A DNA stretch of 62,889 bases, filler included, from Octopus bimaculoides (taxonomy: Eukaryota), in NCBI RefSeq assembly GCF_001194135.2. It is 4 parts of 3 records of this genome, joined end to end, with 100 filler letters (N's around TTAATTAATTAA, not from the genome) between each part and the next. Parts side by side here need not be neighbours in the genome. Positions count along the whole stretch, not along the records: positions 1 to 30,187 come from NC_068984.1; 3 more parts are not named here. The stretch is one strand, 5' to 3'. Numbering within the stretch: the first letter of the stretch is position 1; every line of letters begins with the position of its first letter. Positions 1 to 12,804 of the stretch are shown one piece after another. Below the pieces are notes generated by a model, which saw only the letters and a list, made by a program, of their open reading frames with translations, ran no database searches and was not told where the DNA came from. A program made the translations under genes and the position numbers.

Positions 1-41
<41 letters not shown>

Positions 42-242
42 CATAAATATAAGCACACACGCATACAAGCAATATATATATATATATATTTATATATATA
101 CACACATATACACACACACCGTCACATATGCGTTCACTCGCTCAGATTCTAATAACTTCGTTTCTGTGATATAAGTACCTTACTTTCCTTTGGACAGGTT
201 ATTTGTGTGTGTGTATGTATGTATGTGTGTGAGTGCGCGCGT

Positions 243-299
<57 letters not shown>

Positions 300-302
<3 letters not shown>

Positions 303-520
303 GATCAAGACACCTTTCCGAGCCAGATACTCATAAGGCCAGTGCATTGATTCTGTGGTTTATAGGAAATCCTCTTCCCTGGACGGGACGGGACGCCTCA
401 GTGGACTGGAGCAATGTAAAATTGTTTTGCTTCGGGACACCACGCACCGCCCGGTCCAGGAATCGAAACCATAACCTTACGATCATGATAGTAACGCCCT
501 AACTACTAAACCATGCGCCT
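300..520 (-). mobile_element. tRNA-headed SINE copy
   Basis: The reverse complement begins aggcgcatggtttagtagttaggg (A-box-like) and carries GTTTCGATTCC (B-box-like), followed by a body shared with copies at about 43.9-44.1 kb and 46.0-46.3 kb. Confidence 0.65.
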
Positions 521-530
521 GCACACACAC

Positions 531-583
<53 letters not shown>

Positions 584-1080
584 NNNNNNNNNNNNNNNNN
601 NNNNNNNNNNNNNNNNNNNNNNNNNNNNNNNNNNNNNNNNNNNNNNNNNNNNNNNNNNNNNNNNNNNNNNNNNNNNNNNNNNNNNNNNNNNNNNNNNNNN
701 NNNNNNNNNNNNNNNNNNNNNNNNNNNNNNNNNNNNNNNNNNNNNNNNNNNNNNNNNNNNNNNNNNNNNNNNNNNNNNNNNNNNNNNNNNNNNNNNNNNN
801 NNNNNNNNNNNNNNNNNNNNNNNNNNNNNNNNNNNNNNNNNNNNNNNNNNNNNNNNNNNNNNNNNNNNNNNNNNNNNNNNNNNNNNNNNNNNNNNNNNNN
901 NNNNNNNNNNNNNNNNNNNNNNNNNNNNNNNNNNNNNNNNNNNNNNNNNNNNNNNNNNNNNNNNNNNNNNNNNNNNNNNNNNNNNNNNNNNNNNNATATA
1001 TATATATATATACATGTATATATGTATGTACATGTATATACATGTATATATTTATGTATGTATATATGTGCGAGTGTGTA

Positions 1081-1122
<42 letters not shown>

Positions 1123-2313
1123 GAGAAAAAGTGAACATGCATAGGGGTTCGGCATGTTGTCTTTAAAATATAAGATAATGAATTCGATTCTGAAGCCTCT
1201 CTAGTAATTAATATACGTCACATCACTTCCACTAATTTGTCTGTGATGAGATTTGTGAAATGCAGTCAACGCCATGTTAGATGCCTTCGTAGAGTGAATC
1301 AACAATGCGAACATCACGTCACACATACACATACACACACACACGCATACACACACGCACGCACGCACGCACAAACACACGCTGCTCCTATGTCTGAATG
1401 TAGGGGCAGCAGCAGCCGTGATAGAAATAACAACAGCGAAAGCAGCAGCAGCAGCAAACACAGCATTAACAGCAGCATCACCATCATCTGCAATGATCAC
1501 GGACGTGTATTAGTAAGTGCAGCAGTTAAGCAGTAGCATCACAGGTAGCTGCAGCAATAATTACAGTACTAGTAGCAGCAGCAGCAGCAGCAGAAGTAGT
1601 AGTAGTAGCAGTAGTAATAATAATAATAATAACAGTAGTAGTAGTATTAGTAGTAGTAGTGTCGGCTGCTTGCATTTATTACGTTACTACTTTATAACGC
1701 AGAGATACTTTACAGCGCGCCGTGAAAAACGTATTTTGCACGAATCATCTGTTTAGTTGATAAACTAAATCAGTGATAGTATAGTATAGTATTATACACA
1801 TACACACACAAGCACACACACGCAGACACACGTACATATACACGCACACACACACACACACACACACAGAAGCATATGCGCACGCGCAGACGTACGCATT
1901 ATCATAAACTCGCACACATATTTGCTCTGTGATGCTACACGCTTTCAGGTGAAAACATCAAAACAAGAGAACGTCAGGTTACAAAAACACACACACACAC
2001 ACACATATATATCTATATATAAATATATATTTTGATCGTCGTTGCTTTAGAGATTTTCTTTTAAAAGAAAAGGCGTTACGCTAAGTTTTCTAATCCAATT
2101 TACAAAAAGTCCAACAAGTATATATCTTAAGTACTGGGCAGTTCGTGGAGTCTGTGACCGCATTTCTTGTCGATGTGTGGCTTCTACTTCGTGTAAGTGT
2201 GACTGTGTGTGCATACACACACATTTACACACACAGATACACATTCGCACAAAATTTTATCAACCCAACCCGAGGAACTTAATTGAAAACTAACTTCTCT
2301 CATCACCGCTGCA

Positions 2314-2386
2314 ATGGCTGTTTCGGAGGAGAAATATGTTGTGTTGGCTCTAGATGAGAGCGAACATTCGGAGTATGCATTTGATT
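2314..2386 (+). CDS. First coding exon of an animal-type universal stress protein (USP/UspA-like domain); remaining exons not located
   Basis: ATG at 2314 (gcaATGG) reads MAVSEEKYVVLALDESEHSEYAFD followed by a phase-1 donor T|GTAAGT at 2387. This matches the USP N-terminal beta1-alpha1 motif (V-x-A-x-D-x-S-x-x-S-x-x-A-F-D). Confidence 0.8.
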
Positions 2387-3480
2387 GTAAGTAAGATAGC
2401 TTCTTCTTCATTCCTTTTGCTCGCTCTAACAACTTGCTGCAATATCTACCGCAATGTTTACTTAATACTGATACACAAACCATTTCTTTTTTTTTTTTTT
2501 TTTTTTTTTTNNNNNNNNNNNNNNNNNNNNNNNNNNNNNNNNNNNNNAAAAAAAAAAATTCATCCATAGAATTGTACTGTCTATATTTTATTAAAAAACA
2601 AAAAAACAAAAAAACAAAAAAAAATACAGAGAGAGAGAGAGAGAGAGAGGACAATCTAAAGGTAAGTAAATAATTGATAGCGTGAACCCTGATAAAGACA
2701 AACGTCACGAGACGGGATGGTCGTACAAGTGGAACACTTGATCAGTCGTACATGTCTGTTCGATCGGGGGCTGACCTGTGGCTAAACAACAACAACTAAA
2801 GCAACAATTACAACATAAACAAAATCAGTAGCGGTAATGATAACAGCCACAGCAGCAGCAGTAGCAGCAGCAGTAGCATTCACTTCTACCACTGTCGACT
2901 CTTAATTACATCAACCTGTTGATATTAGTTCGAGAGGTGTTAAAGCTAAAGTTTGTCTTTTGTTGTTTCCATTTAAAAGTAAAACAAAACAAAACAACAA
3001 AATCACCCCACCCCCCAATCCTCCCTCAACTCAAATAAACTACATTTTTGTTCAGTAACACAAACAGAAGTTAGTTAACAGAAGGTAATCACACGGGTAC
3101 AACATATCCACACCCGAACCTCGCCCTCTTCAGTTTTACCTTCTGACACGCGTGTTTATCCGAATATACATAAATGCATTCCCATGCAGAAAATACTTTC
3201 ACTTTCCTTCCACTTCGCAATCATTCCCTTCTGCCTCTTTCCTCCCATGCCCACTCCCACAATCTCACTCTCACTCTCACTCTCATTCCCACTCCCACAT
3301 ACATTCCTACCCCTTTATTTTTCTTCTTCTTTTTCGTAACCCCCCCCTCCCGGCTCCTCCCTCCACTCTCTTTATTCATCTTTGTCTTTGCCTATATTTA
3401 CATTACATGTTGCTTTATTGCTAGAAATAACCTGGCGTATAAAGTATTTACTGTATTTATTTATCGCTCCCTCCACCGCA

Positions 3481-3638
3481 CCACCGACGTCTCCGCCACC
3501 GACGTCTCCGCCACCGACGTCTCCGCCACCGACGTCTCCGCCACCGACGTCTCCGCCACCGACGTCTGCGCCACCGACGCCTGCGCCACCGACGTCTCCG
3601 CCAACGAACGTCTCCGCCAACGAACGTCTCCGCCAACG
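3481..3638. repeat. GC-rich 15-bp minisatellite (ccaccgacgtctccg)n
   Basis: Eight 15-bp units at 3481-3600, then two 16-bp variants (ccaacgaacgtctccg). It explains the PTSPP, GGDVG and RRRRW ORFs in the track. Confidence 0.95.
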
Positions 3639-4383
3639 CTGCCACCCCCACCGCCACTTGTATCATCCTTTACTTCTTCCCAACCACGACATGAACAGCA
3701 GCAACAGTAGCTATGTTATTACGTTTGGTTTCAAGTTTGTAAGAGACCGAGGGATACAAAAGGCGTTCGATATCGATTTCCATACCTAAAGGCGACTTAT
3801 TCTATCGATTCTAGAAGGTTGAAAGGCAAAGCCGACCTTTGTGGGATTTGAACGCAAAAAGGTCGAATAGTAACAGGAACAACACAGATAACAATATCGA
3901 AATAACAACAAGCAACATCCATAGCAATACCAATGATGCAGCAAAAATAGCTATTTACCCAAACCGAGAGATGCAATTTAAATTTCTAGCGAGGACCCTG
4001 GGTTAAATTGTCGTAATAGACAGAAGCAATGAAATGGTTAAATTTTTGGTTATGAACTATTCACTTGTTCACATCTGATGTGACTAAGTGTCGTCTTTTG
4101 ACTGATGTGAGTGTGATTAAAGTTTTAAAGTTTTTAACTTTTAGATTAGTCATTCTTAATTGCTAATGAGACTTAACACCTAATGTTACAGACGTTGACG
4201 CCCATCGTACCTCTTCTATCGGTCAGTCACGTGAAATATCAAATTGTAAGGGTTTGTTTGAAATTCTAAATGACACATTACTCACCGTTAAAATGATGAG
4301 ACCAAAAGCCATATCTTTTAAATCTTAGGACGAGATAGAAAATAGTGCTAACAAGTAATAATAATAATAATAATAATAATAAT

Positions 4384-4705
4384 TTCTACTATAGGCACAA
4401 GGCCTGAAATTTTGGGGTAGGGGACTAATCAATTACATCGACCCCAGTGTTTCACTGGTACTTAATTTATCGACACCTAAAAGGATGAAAGGCAAAGTCG
4501 ACCTCGGCGGAGTTTGAACTCAGAACGTAGCAACGGGCGAAATACCGTTAAGCACTTGATCCAGCGTGACACCTTAATTTATCGACCCCGAAAGAATGAA
4601 AGGCAAAGTTGACCACGGCGGAATTTGAACTCAGAACGTAAAGACAGGCGAAATACCGCTAAGCATTTCGCCCGGCGTGCTAACGTTTCTGCCAGCTCGA
4701 CGCCT
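4384..4705 (-). mobile_element. SINE family C copy with internal partial duplication
   Basis: Reverse complement of the ggcg..gagctggcagaaacgttagc...gagttcaaattccgccgaggtcgactttgcctttcatcc element. The block ttaatttatcgac...gaaataccg..aagcat occurs twice (about 4461 and 4575), with an (AAT)n tail to the left. Confidence 0.85.
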
Positions 4706-4710
4706 TCTTC

Positions 4711-4756
<46 letters not shown>

Positions 4757-5177
4757 TAATAATAATGATGATGATGATGAGGAGGATGAGGAGGATGAGG
4801 ATGATGAGGATGATGAGGATGATGAGGATGGTAGTGGTGGTGGTGGTGGTACAAGTTTTTGTAAAATGGTGGTTGTTTATTCATTAAACTGGTGTTTGGA
4901 AGCATTTAGAACCGCTTAGACGAAAAGGTATTTGTCCAGAAACATCACAGAGTTGATTCGATAGTTCGTAAGGTGAGATCAAAGCAATGATCGTAAGATA
5001 AACTGAACGTTGACGTTGGAGAAATAAATTTTACTGTAGTGTATAAAGATAAACGTTGTCGTGGTTGTCGTTATTGATGTTTTGTCTTTGCCCCAGGCCA
5101 GCAGACACACCATCAAAGATACTTTAATCGTGGTCATTTCAGTCTCCTTCCTTTCAACAAGACGTAGTGTATCTAAG

Positions 5178-5339
5178 TAGCGAGCATAGCGGCGTGGTAA
5201 GAAGCTTGCGTCTCAATCAAATGATTCCGGGTTGAGTCCCAGTGTGTATGGAACCTTGAGCAAGTATTCTTTACAATAGTCCCGGGCTGGTATAAAACCA
5301 TGCGCGTGAATTTGGTAGACGGAAACTGAAAGAAGCCAG

Positions 5340-5405
<66 letters not shown>

Positions 5406-5628
5406 ACACATGTATGTATTATGTATGTATGCGTTTTTGTGTTGTCCCTCCCACTACAGTTTGACAACCGGTGTTGTTATGTTTACGTTCCCGTAACATA
5501 GGGGTTCTCTACAGAATAAGTACCAGACTTTTTATTTTTAAAAAAGTACTGTAATAAATCTGTTCGACGAAAAGCCTTGAAGACTGTACCCCAGCATGGC
5601 CGCAGTTAAATGATAGATAAAAGATAAG
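5178..5628 (+). mobile_element. SINE family A copy (tRNA head, ccttgggcaagtgtctt core, internal microsatellite)
   Basis: Colinear with the better-preserved copies at 57541 and 59290. Confidence 0.8.
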
Positions 5629-7467
5629 AATCCAACAAGTATTTGCGACCTCCATCTTTTTCATGACAGTAAGGTGAAGATTTGTTGTCATTTGGTTGTT
5701 ATTTCTAGCAGGTCGTAGTGTGTTAAGGTAAGCAGATGAGTGTGATTTCCAGTGATCAATAAGAGGAGATGGCAGTCGACGAAATTCATTCAGTTATTAT
5801 CTATGGGTCAGGCAATACACACACTCCTTGACATGAACGTATATCGATCACTTTAAAGTGTTTGCACTTAATGTAACAGATATATATGAATGGTGTTCAT
5901 GTATGTATGTATGTATGTATGTATGTATGTATGTATGTATATATATATATATATATATANNNNNNNNNNNNNNNNNNNNNNNNNNNNNNNNNNNNNNNNN
6001 NNNNNNNNNNNNNNNNNNNNNNNNNNNNNNNNNNNNNNNNNNNNNNNNNNNNNNNNNNNNNNNNNNNNNNNNNNNNNNNNNNNNNNNNNNNNNNNNNNNN
6101 NNNNNNNNNNNNNNNNNNNNNNNNNNNNNNNNNNNNNNNNNNNNNNNNNNNNNNNNNNNNNNNNNNNNNNNNNNNNNNNNNNNNNNNNNNNNNNNNNNNN
6201 NNNNNNNNNNNNNNNNNNNNNNNNNNNNNNNNNNNNNNNNNNNNNNNNNNNNNNNNNNNNNNNNNNNNNNNNNNNNNNNNNNNNNNNNNNNNNNNNNNNN
6301 NNNNNNNNNNNNNNNNNNNNNNNNNNNNNNNNNNNNNNNNNNNNNNNNNNNNNNNNNNNNNNNNNNNNNNNNNNNNNNNNNNNNNNNNNNNNNNNNNNNN
6401 NNNNNNNNNNNNNNNNNNNNNNNNNNNNNNNNNNNNNNNNNNNNNNNNNNNNNNNNNNNNNNNNNNNNNNNNNNNNNNNNNNNNNNNNNNNNNNNNNNNN
6501 NNNNNNNNNNNNNNNNNNNNNNNNNNNNNNNNNNNNNNNNNNNNNNNNNNNNNNNNNNNNNNNNNNNNNNNNNNNNNNNNNNNNNNNNNNNNNNNNNNNN
6601 NNNNNNNNNNNNNNNNNNNNNNNNNNNNNNNNNNNNNNNNNNNNNNNNNNNNNNNNNNCATACTTACTGATATCTCTTCACTCATTTTATGCATACATAT
6701 GCACTCACACACTCATACACACACACATATATATACGCACATACATATACATGCATACATACACACACACACACACACACACCGTGAGCATGTGAACAGG
6801 TAAAATGTAAACGATGAAATTGATAAAACCACTGATCAATAACTAGGTCACGACTGCTAATCCCTTACATATAGTTGTTATATATCTGAGCAGGTAGCTT
6901 TGTTTCTACATGTCTTAATCCACCTGTCAGCCAGCTAGCCAGCCAGGTTTGAAGTCTATATCTTCTGAGACAGGTTTCAGCTGCCGACAGATTAGCCTCC
7001 TGCATAAGAGTCGGCAATGTGATTGGGACGATATACCTCACCTGAATGCAATGATATTAAAGTTTTTAAAATCCATAACACTTCACTAATGCCAATCAAT
7101 CAATCAATCAATCAATCAGTCAATCAATCAATCAATCAATCAATATTCAATCAACCAATCAATCGATCGATCGATCGATCGATCGACTTCTCTATCCTCT
7201 CTCTCACTGACTCTCTCTCTCTCTATATGTACGTATATATATGTGTGTGTGCAAGTATGCTTGTATGTATGTATATATAAAACGAATATAAATTTCATGA
7301 TGCAAAATACAGTGAATTCTCCAGGACCGGACACTGTATATATATATATGTATTTATATATAAGCAATGTTAATTCTCTAAATGAAGTATTAACAGTAAC
7401 TGCACGATAAAGTGTAGTATATTGCCACTTAAGTGTGGCTGACCCCTAGGGGTGGATGTTACTGTTG

Positions 7468-7551
7468 CTTTTAGCCCCAGGAGGACATCTCCTCCAGCTG
7501 GCTTGTGTGTCGATAAGCCAGCTGGAGGAGATGTCCTCCTGGGGCTAAAAG
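7468..7551. repeat. Perfect 37-bp inverted repeat with 10-nt loop, ending at an assembly gap
   Basis: cttttagccccaggaggacatctcctccagctggctt (7468-7504) and its exact reverse complement (7515-7551). Confidence 0.9.
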
Positions 7552-7757
7552 NNNNNNNNNNNNNNNNNNNNNNNNNNNNNNNNNNNNNNNNNNNNNNNNN
7601 NNNNNNNNNNNNNNNNNNNNNNNNNNNNNNNNNNNNNNNNNNNNNNNNNNNNNNNNNNNNNNNNNNNNNNNNNNNNNNNNNNNNNNNNNNNNNNNNNNNN
7701 NNNNNNNNNNNNNNNNNNNNNNNNNNNNNNNNNNNNNNNNNNNNNNNNNNNNNNNNN

Positions 7758-7806
<49 letters not shown>

Positions 7807-7829
7807 ATTTGTCAATATGTGTGTATATG

Positions 7830-7879
<50 letters not shown>

Positions 7880-8769
7880 CTATGTTTTGGGATGGCTTAT
7901 ATGCGTGTCCACCAGGTTGTAATTGTTTTAGTTTCAACGCAGTCTCAGATCAAGTCTCTTGCCAGACCAGTACACGCCCACGCGCGCTCTCGAAGAACTA
8001 TATGCAGATAAAGTACGTGAGTATGTGTATGTGAGTGTGTGTGTGTGTGTGTATATATGAGTGTATATGAGTGTATGTGTGTGAGAGAGAGAGAGAGGGA
8101 TAGATATTACAATTTATTAATTGAACACGATTTACGTAAAGTCTTTCCGTTTACTCATCATACATATAAAGAGAAATATACTCACATACAAACGGAGAGA
8201 AAGAGAGAGAAGGAGAGAGGGAGATTGGAGAGAGAGAGAGAGAGATGGAGAAGGAGAAAGAGAGTGAGAGAGTGGGAAAGAAGGAAGGAAAGAAAGAAAG
8301 AAAGAAAGAAAGAAGAGAAACATTAAAATGAGAGAATCCTTAAAACGTCTGATGTCAAATATATCAGCGCCGAATCAGCGACGCCAAACAGGCAGCGCCA
8401 AAAGATACATGATTTCTCTGCAATCATACCTATTGGTATTAAAAAAAAAAGAATGCAGCAACAGAACATGATTTCTCAGCAACTGAGACTTGTATGATTT
8501 CGCGACTGGGTGGTCAGAAAAGGACCGAATATAATTTATCACCTACCTAATAGAAAAATATCAGTTATACGGTGCCATTCTAAGGAAGATAATCAGGTTT
8601 AATTATAAAGCTATATTGTTCAATCAAATTTACCAGCCAGCTTGTCAGAATTTACTGGAATTCTTTTGCCTATTGTCATTTTGGGAAGAAAATTCTGCAA
8701 CAACTGGAATCAGATATAAATTTATTTTGCTTGTTCAGACAGCCTAAAGAAGAAGAAAGAAAGAAAAAA

Positions 8770-9360
8770 AGGCATTAATCTCTCTTATATCACTATTGAC
8801 CAATGACTTGTCTTTATGTCTTTAATCTTTTTGATAAATGAAATGCTCGTTCTTCCAAAGCAGATGCTGCAGGATTTACCCGGAAAAGTTGGCAATTTGT
8901 ACAACTGTTTGACATTTGTATGCAAGCCATCGGCTGTTTTTGTCATTCTGCTGGTCTACAATCTCAGCCTATCAACAAACAGAGGTCTCTATACCAGAAA
9001 CTTCAAATTCCGGGAGCTGAGCTATGAAACATTTACGCTAATGTCATCCTCGTAATTTTCTATGAAAAAGTGATTTCTGATAAAGTGTTTTCATTGTTGC
9101 TGGCCTTTAGAAGTATTGTCTCCAGCTTAGCATAAATCTTGTAACTCGCTAGAATAGGTTACACTGTCGACGACCTCCAGTAACATATGTTCATAATTGT
9201 CGCATACTATCGACGAAAATATATCTGCCTAATTCTCATTTCAACTTGTTTTTTGGATCCGTTCTTTCTTTCAGATGAAATAATGTGTCCTTACTTTTTG
9301 TTCAATATTATCAGGGAGAATGTCAAATGAATGTTCCTTTAGCAAGCCTTTAAAACCTTG
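8770..9360 (-). mobile_element. Decayed hAT-superfamily transposase fragment (C-terminal dimerisation region)
   Basis: Across frameshifts the minus strand gives LHTNVKQLYKL...PAASALEERAFHLSKRLKT*RQVIGQ, resembling the hAT motif PATSASxERSFSxLKRxKTxLRSTMxQ. Upstream RIRQIYF is similar to the YRxIYFE helix of ZMYM1-like hAT transposases. Confidence 0.55.
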
Positions 9361-9757
9361 ACTATTCTTTTCCCGTCCGACAAAGTGCAAGTATGTATAT
9401 AGTCGTGTTTGGATGCTAATGTTCGGGCTGTATAAATTGAGATCAAATAAAAACGTTTAATTTCTTCTTTAGACTAAATGTGACTTTGCATATTCTCGCC
9501 AATATTCTAATGAGAATGATTAATTACAAAGTATTTGTTGAAAGAAAACAGCACGTATTATGATGTAGCTACACTCAAATTTAAAATATCCCCAGACATC
9601 AATTTGCTTTCGAAATCTTCTATAGCTTAACAATTAATTATTCAGCGCTAGTGTTGGCTATATATACATTTTTTGTGAAAATGTGTCTTGAGCAATAAAT
9701 ATTAAAGCTGTGAAAATCTTTGTTCTTGTTCTTTTGCCCTGATTACATATCAATAGT

Positions 9758-10140
9758 GGAGGCGCAATGGCCCAGTGGTTAGGGCAGCGGACTTACGGTC
9801 ATAGGATCGCGGATTCGATTCCCAGACCGGGCGTTGTGAGTGTTTATTGAGCGAAAACACCTAAAGCACCACGAGGCTCCGGCAGGGGATGGTGGCGAAC
9901 CCTGCTGTACTCTTTCACCACAACTTTCTCTCACTCTTACTTCCTGTTTCTGTTGTGCCTGTAATTCAAAGGGTCAGCTTTGTCACACTGTGTCACGCTG
10001 AATATCCCCGAGAACTACGTTAAAAGTACACGTGTTTGTGGAGTGCTCAGCCACTTGCATGTTAATTTCACGAGCAGGCTGTTCCGTTGATCGGATCAAG
10101 TGGAACCCTCGACGTCGTAAGCGACGGAGTGCCAACAACA
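9758..10140 (+). mobile_element. Full-length tRNA-headed SINE family B with (CAA)n tail and 11-bp TSD
   Basis: Head ggaggcgcaatggcccagtggttaggg with B-box-like gattcgattcc; tail ggagtgccaacaaca; acatatcaata at 9745-9755 and 10138-10148. Confidence 0.92.
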
Positions 10141-10278
10141 TATCAATAATCAAATAACAGTTGCAGGCAGTTCGATATGTTACTCAGAAGATTATGCAGG
10201 TTACTCTAATTTAGTTGTTTTCAAAATTCTGACCATAACCTGCATATTTTCTCACCTGATATATTAAGTTTTTTTATA

Positions 10279-10487
10279 AGGCGGAGAGCTGGCAGAACTG
10301 TTAGTACGCCGGGAAAAATGCTGAGCGGCATTTTGTCCGCGTCAACATTCTGACTACAAATTTCACCGAGGTCGATTTTTACCTCTCACCTTTTCAGAGT
10401 CAATAAAATAAGCACAAGTTGAGAGACAGAGTCGATATAACCGACAAGCCCCTTCCCGCCAAATTTCAGATCTCCTTCCTACATCAG
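10279..10487 (+). mobile_element. Diverged SINE family C copy
   Basis: aggcggagagctggcagaactgttag...aaatttcaccgaggtcgat, colinear with 11451-11667. Confidence 0.75.
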
Positions 10488-10870
10488 AAAGTATATATAT
10501 TAGGCTTTTATAACCGATTTACCGCATGAACAATTTTAATAGCAATTCCCTCTTGAAAAGAAAATTTAAATTCACCTGCTTAGTATCCGCTTTTGTTCGC
10601 GATACCAGCAAATTGAATGTAAAATCGTAATTGTATTTTCCCCCGTCAACATTTACCTGCTGTAGACATATATCGGAGGTCGATATGCCATATTGAAACA
10701 TTACTAATTACCCGGATCTCTTACGAGAGCTTTGTCACAGTTGCCGAGCTATTACACTCCAGTCTATAAATATACTAAACTTAGTCACCTGACATAAAAT
10801 AGGGTCTGAGACGTTTTGATTCGACACGGATTTATTCGACAGCAGATGTTTTAAGGTTTCTTTCTTTTAT

Positions 10871-10911
<41 letters not shown>

Positions 10912-11296
10912 TGTCAGTTTATGTGTATGAGCATATTTCTCTTTATGTCAGTAGTGTTCAGTTAATAAATTGTAATGTCTCTCTCTTCCCTCACTCTCTT
11001 TCTTTTCTCTTTCTTTTCTCTCTCTCTCTTTCACCCCTCCCTCTCTGTTTATCTGCATGTCTGTTTCCCTCCAGTGTCAAAGCATATTGTCACTGAAATA
11101 CACCGAATGTCCGGTCAGCGTTCAAACGGCCGCACCCAGTCGCCTCATTCGGCATAAAATATATTTATACAATATTTGTCCTAAATAAATAAAAAGTATA
11201 TGTTGTGTTATAACAGAAAATACTGCGATTTTTACCTTGAAAGAAACTCTCATATTGGTTTTCGGTGCATATAGGCATTCTTGTTTACATCGCCAG

Positions 11297-11435
11297 CGGG
11301 GAGATAAATCACCCGCCATCTTCACCGCCCAAACAACCAGTTCACGTGATTTCGGACTTTCCTGGCCTTCTCAAAACTGATATCACGGGATAAGGTAGTC
11401 TCGACGGTGACGACGGCGAGTGATTTATCTCCCCG
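11297..11435. mobile_element. Short palindromic MITE-like element
   Basis: cggggagataaatcacccgccatcttcaccg (from 11297) is an imperfect ~31-bp inverted repeat of cggtgacgacggcgagtgatttatctccccg (to 11435). No TSD identified. Confidence 0.6.
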
Positions 11436-11450
11436 ATATTTTCTGTTATA

Positions 11451-11667
11451 TAAGGCGGTGAGCTGGCAGAAACGTTAGCATGCCGGGCGAAAATGCTTAG
11501 CGGTATTTCGTCTGTCTTTACGTTCTGAGTTCAAATTCCGCCGAGGTCGACTTTGCCTTTCATCCTTTCGTGGTCGATAAATTAAGTACCAGTTGCGTAC
11601 TGGGGTCGATCTAATCGACTGGTTTCCTCCCAAAAGATTTCGGGCCTTGTGCCTAGAGTAGAGAAGA
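11451..11667 (+). mobile_element. Full-length SINE family C with 15-bp TSD
   Basis: tRNA-like head (tggcagaaacgttag; gagttcaaattcc) and body gccgaggtcgactttgcctttcatcctttcgtggtcgataaattaagtaccag; atattttctgttata at 11436-11450 and 11668-11682. Confidence 0.92.
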
Positions 11668-11799
11668 ATATTTTCTGTTATAACAAACATTCACTTTTAA
11701 GTGGGAATAGATATTATCTCTGACTATTAATACTGCTTTTGTCGCTAAAAATTCTATTTATACAATATTTTACTCTTATTTCTTGTGGAAAGAGAATAG

Positions 11800-12330
11800 C
11801 TATAGAGCCACCTGGCTCTCTCATCCTCAATACCGTATCGCAAAGTCAGGGGGTTCATTTGTTACTAGGAAACACGAGTGCTTCTTTGAAATCTTTCTAC
11901 ATCTTCCACTCACCATTAACATGTAGCAGTATGAATGTTGGTTTTCCTTTGCGCTGCTGCATTATTCTTTTCCGGCTCCCTGCAGAAGACAACAGAGTGC
12001 AACTTTGTGTTACTTCTCACTGCACTGACACAGATGCATTGTTGTTTTAAATGCATCAGCAAGTATACTCAAGAATACATTCCGGTGGTATACTGTGTAA
12101 AAGATAAATTGTATATTGCCGTAACGAGCTCCAGCGATTCATGACCACCGTACCAATTACAATCAGCGAAGTCGCTCTGCGCTCTCGTGCTTGCGATCGT
12201 TTCATATTGATCTGGAAATGGAAGCATATCGTGCATTGTTCTCAGGAAGAATTGCAGCCTGGCTGATTCCAATTTCCACAGCGCGCTTCACGATCGCTTC
12301 CTTCTTTTGAACAGATGCCATTCATGCTAG
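11800..12330 (-). mobile_element. Possible highly decayed pogo/Tigger-like transposase 5' fragment
   Basis: The minus strand gives MASVQKKEAIVKRAVEIGISQAA (Brinker-type HTH-like) and, across frameshifts, DFADCNW / VMNRWSSLRQYT resembling the CENP-B-type FKASxGWxxRFMxRxxLSLRxRT motif. Weak similarity only. Confidence 0.35.
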
Positions 12331-12403
12331 CCATGCAAATCATATTTCTCTGGTTACAATATATCGCCACATACACACACACACACGCACACACACACGC
12401 ACA

Positions 12404-12449
<46 letters not shown>

Positions 12450-12804
12450 GATACACACGCGCAGACACACATACAGATATATATACACACACACACGCAC
12501 ACACGCACACACGCACACACATACACACGCACACACGCACGAGTACATATCTAGTGGCTAAGTAGACTGTGCCAGGTTCTTGACATTTTCCCACCGAGTT
12601 AGCAGCAAATAGTTAGCAGAGATGGTACAAGATAACTGCTGCAAGCGGTGGGAGTAATATACAACTGACAAGTATTTTAAGTGATTTTGAGAAGGTAGTC
12701 GGCAGCCACTCTATTGTAATATTTTTGAGGTCACTAAATATAGCTGATGTTTGCGATGTTTTTCCAAAAGCTCAATGATTTATGGTCTACTACATCCATA
12801 CAGA

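Noticed and set aside
3372-3789. Extensin-like PTSPP, GGDVG and RRRRW repeat proteins
   Set aside because: Open frames on both strands arise from a stop-free 15-bp VNTR; there is no supporting start context, splice signal or flanking domain.
4192-4330. Alternative USP exon 2 candidate (gttacag| YVDAHRTSS...)
   Set aside because: It lacks the hydrophobic beta-strand and LxH motif, and similarity ends after a few residues.
9758-9830. tRNA genes at the heads of the repeats (also 15672, 20807, 30543, 59290)
   Set aside because: The tRNA-like A/B-box heads run directly into SINE bodies with tails and TSDs, and no complete acceptor stem or terminator is evident.
12069-12272. Track ORF as a host-gene exon
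   Set aside because: Better explained as part of a frameshifted pogo-like remnant; no convincing splice sites.
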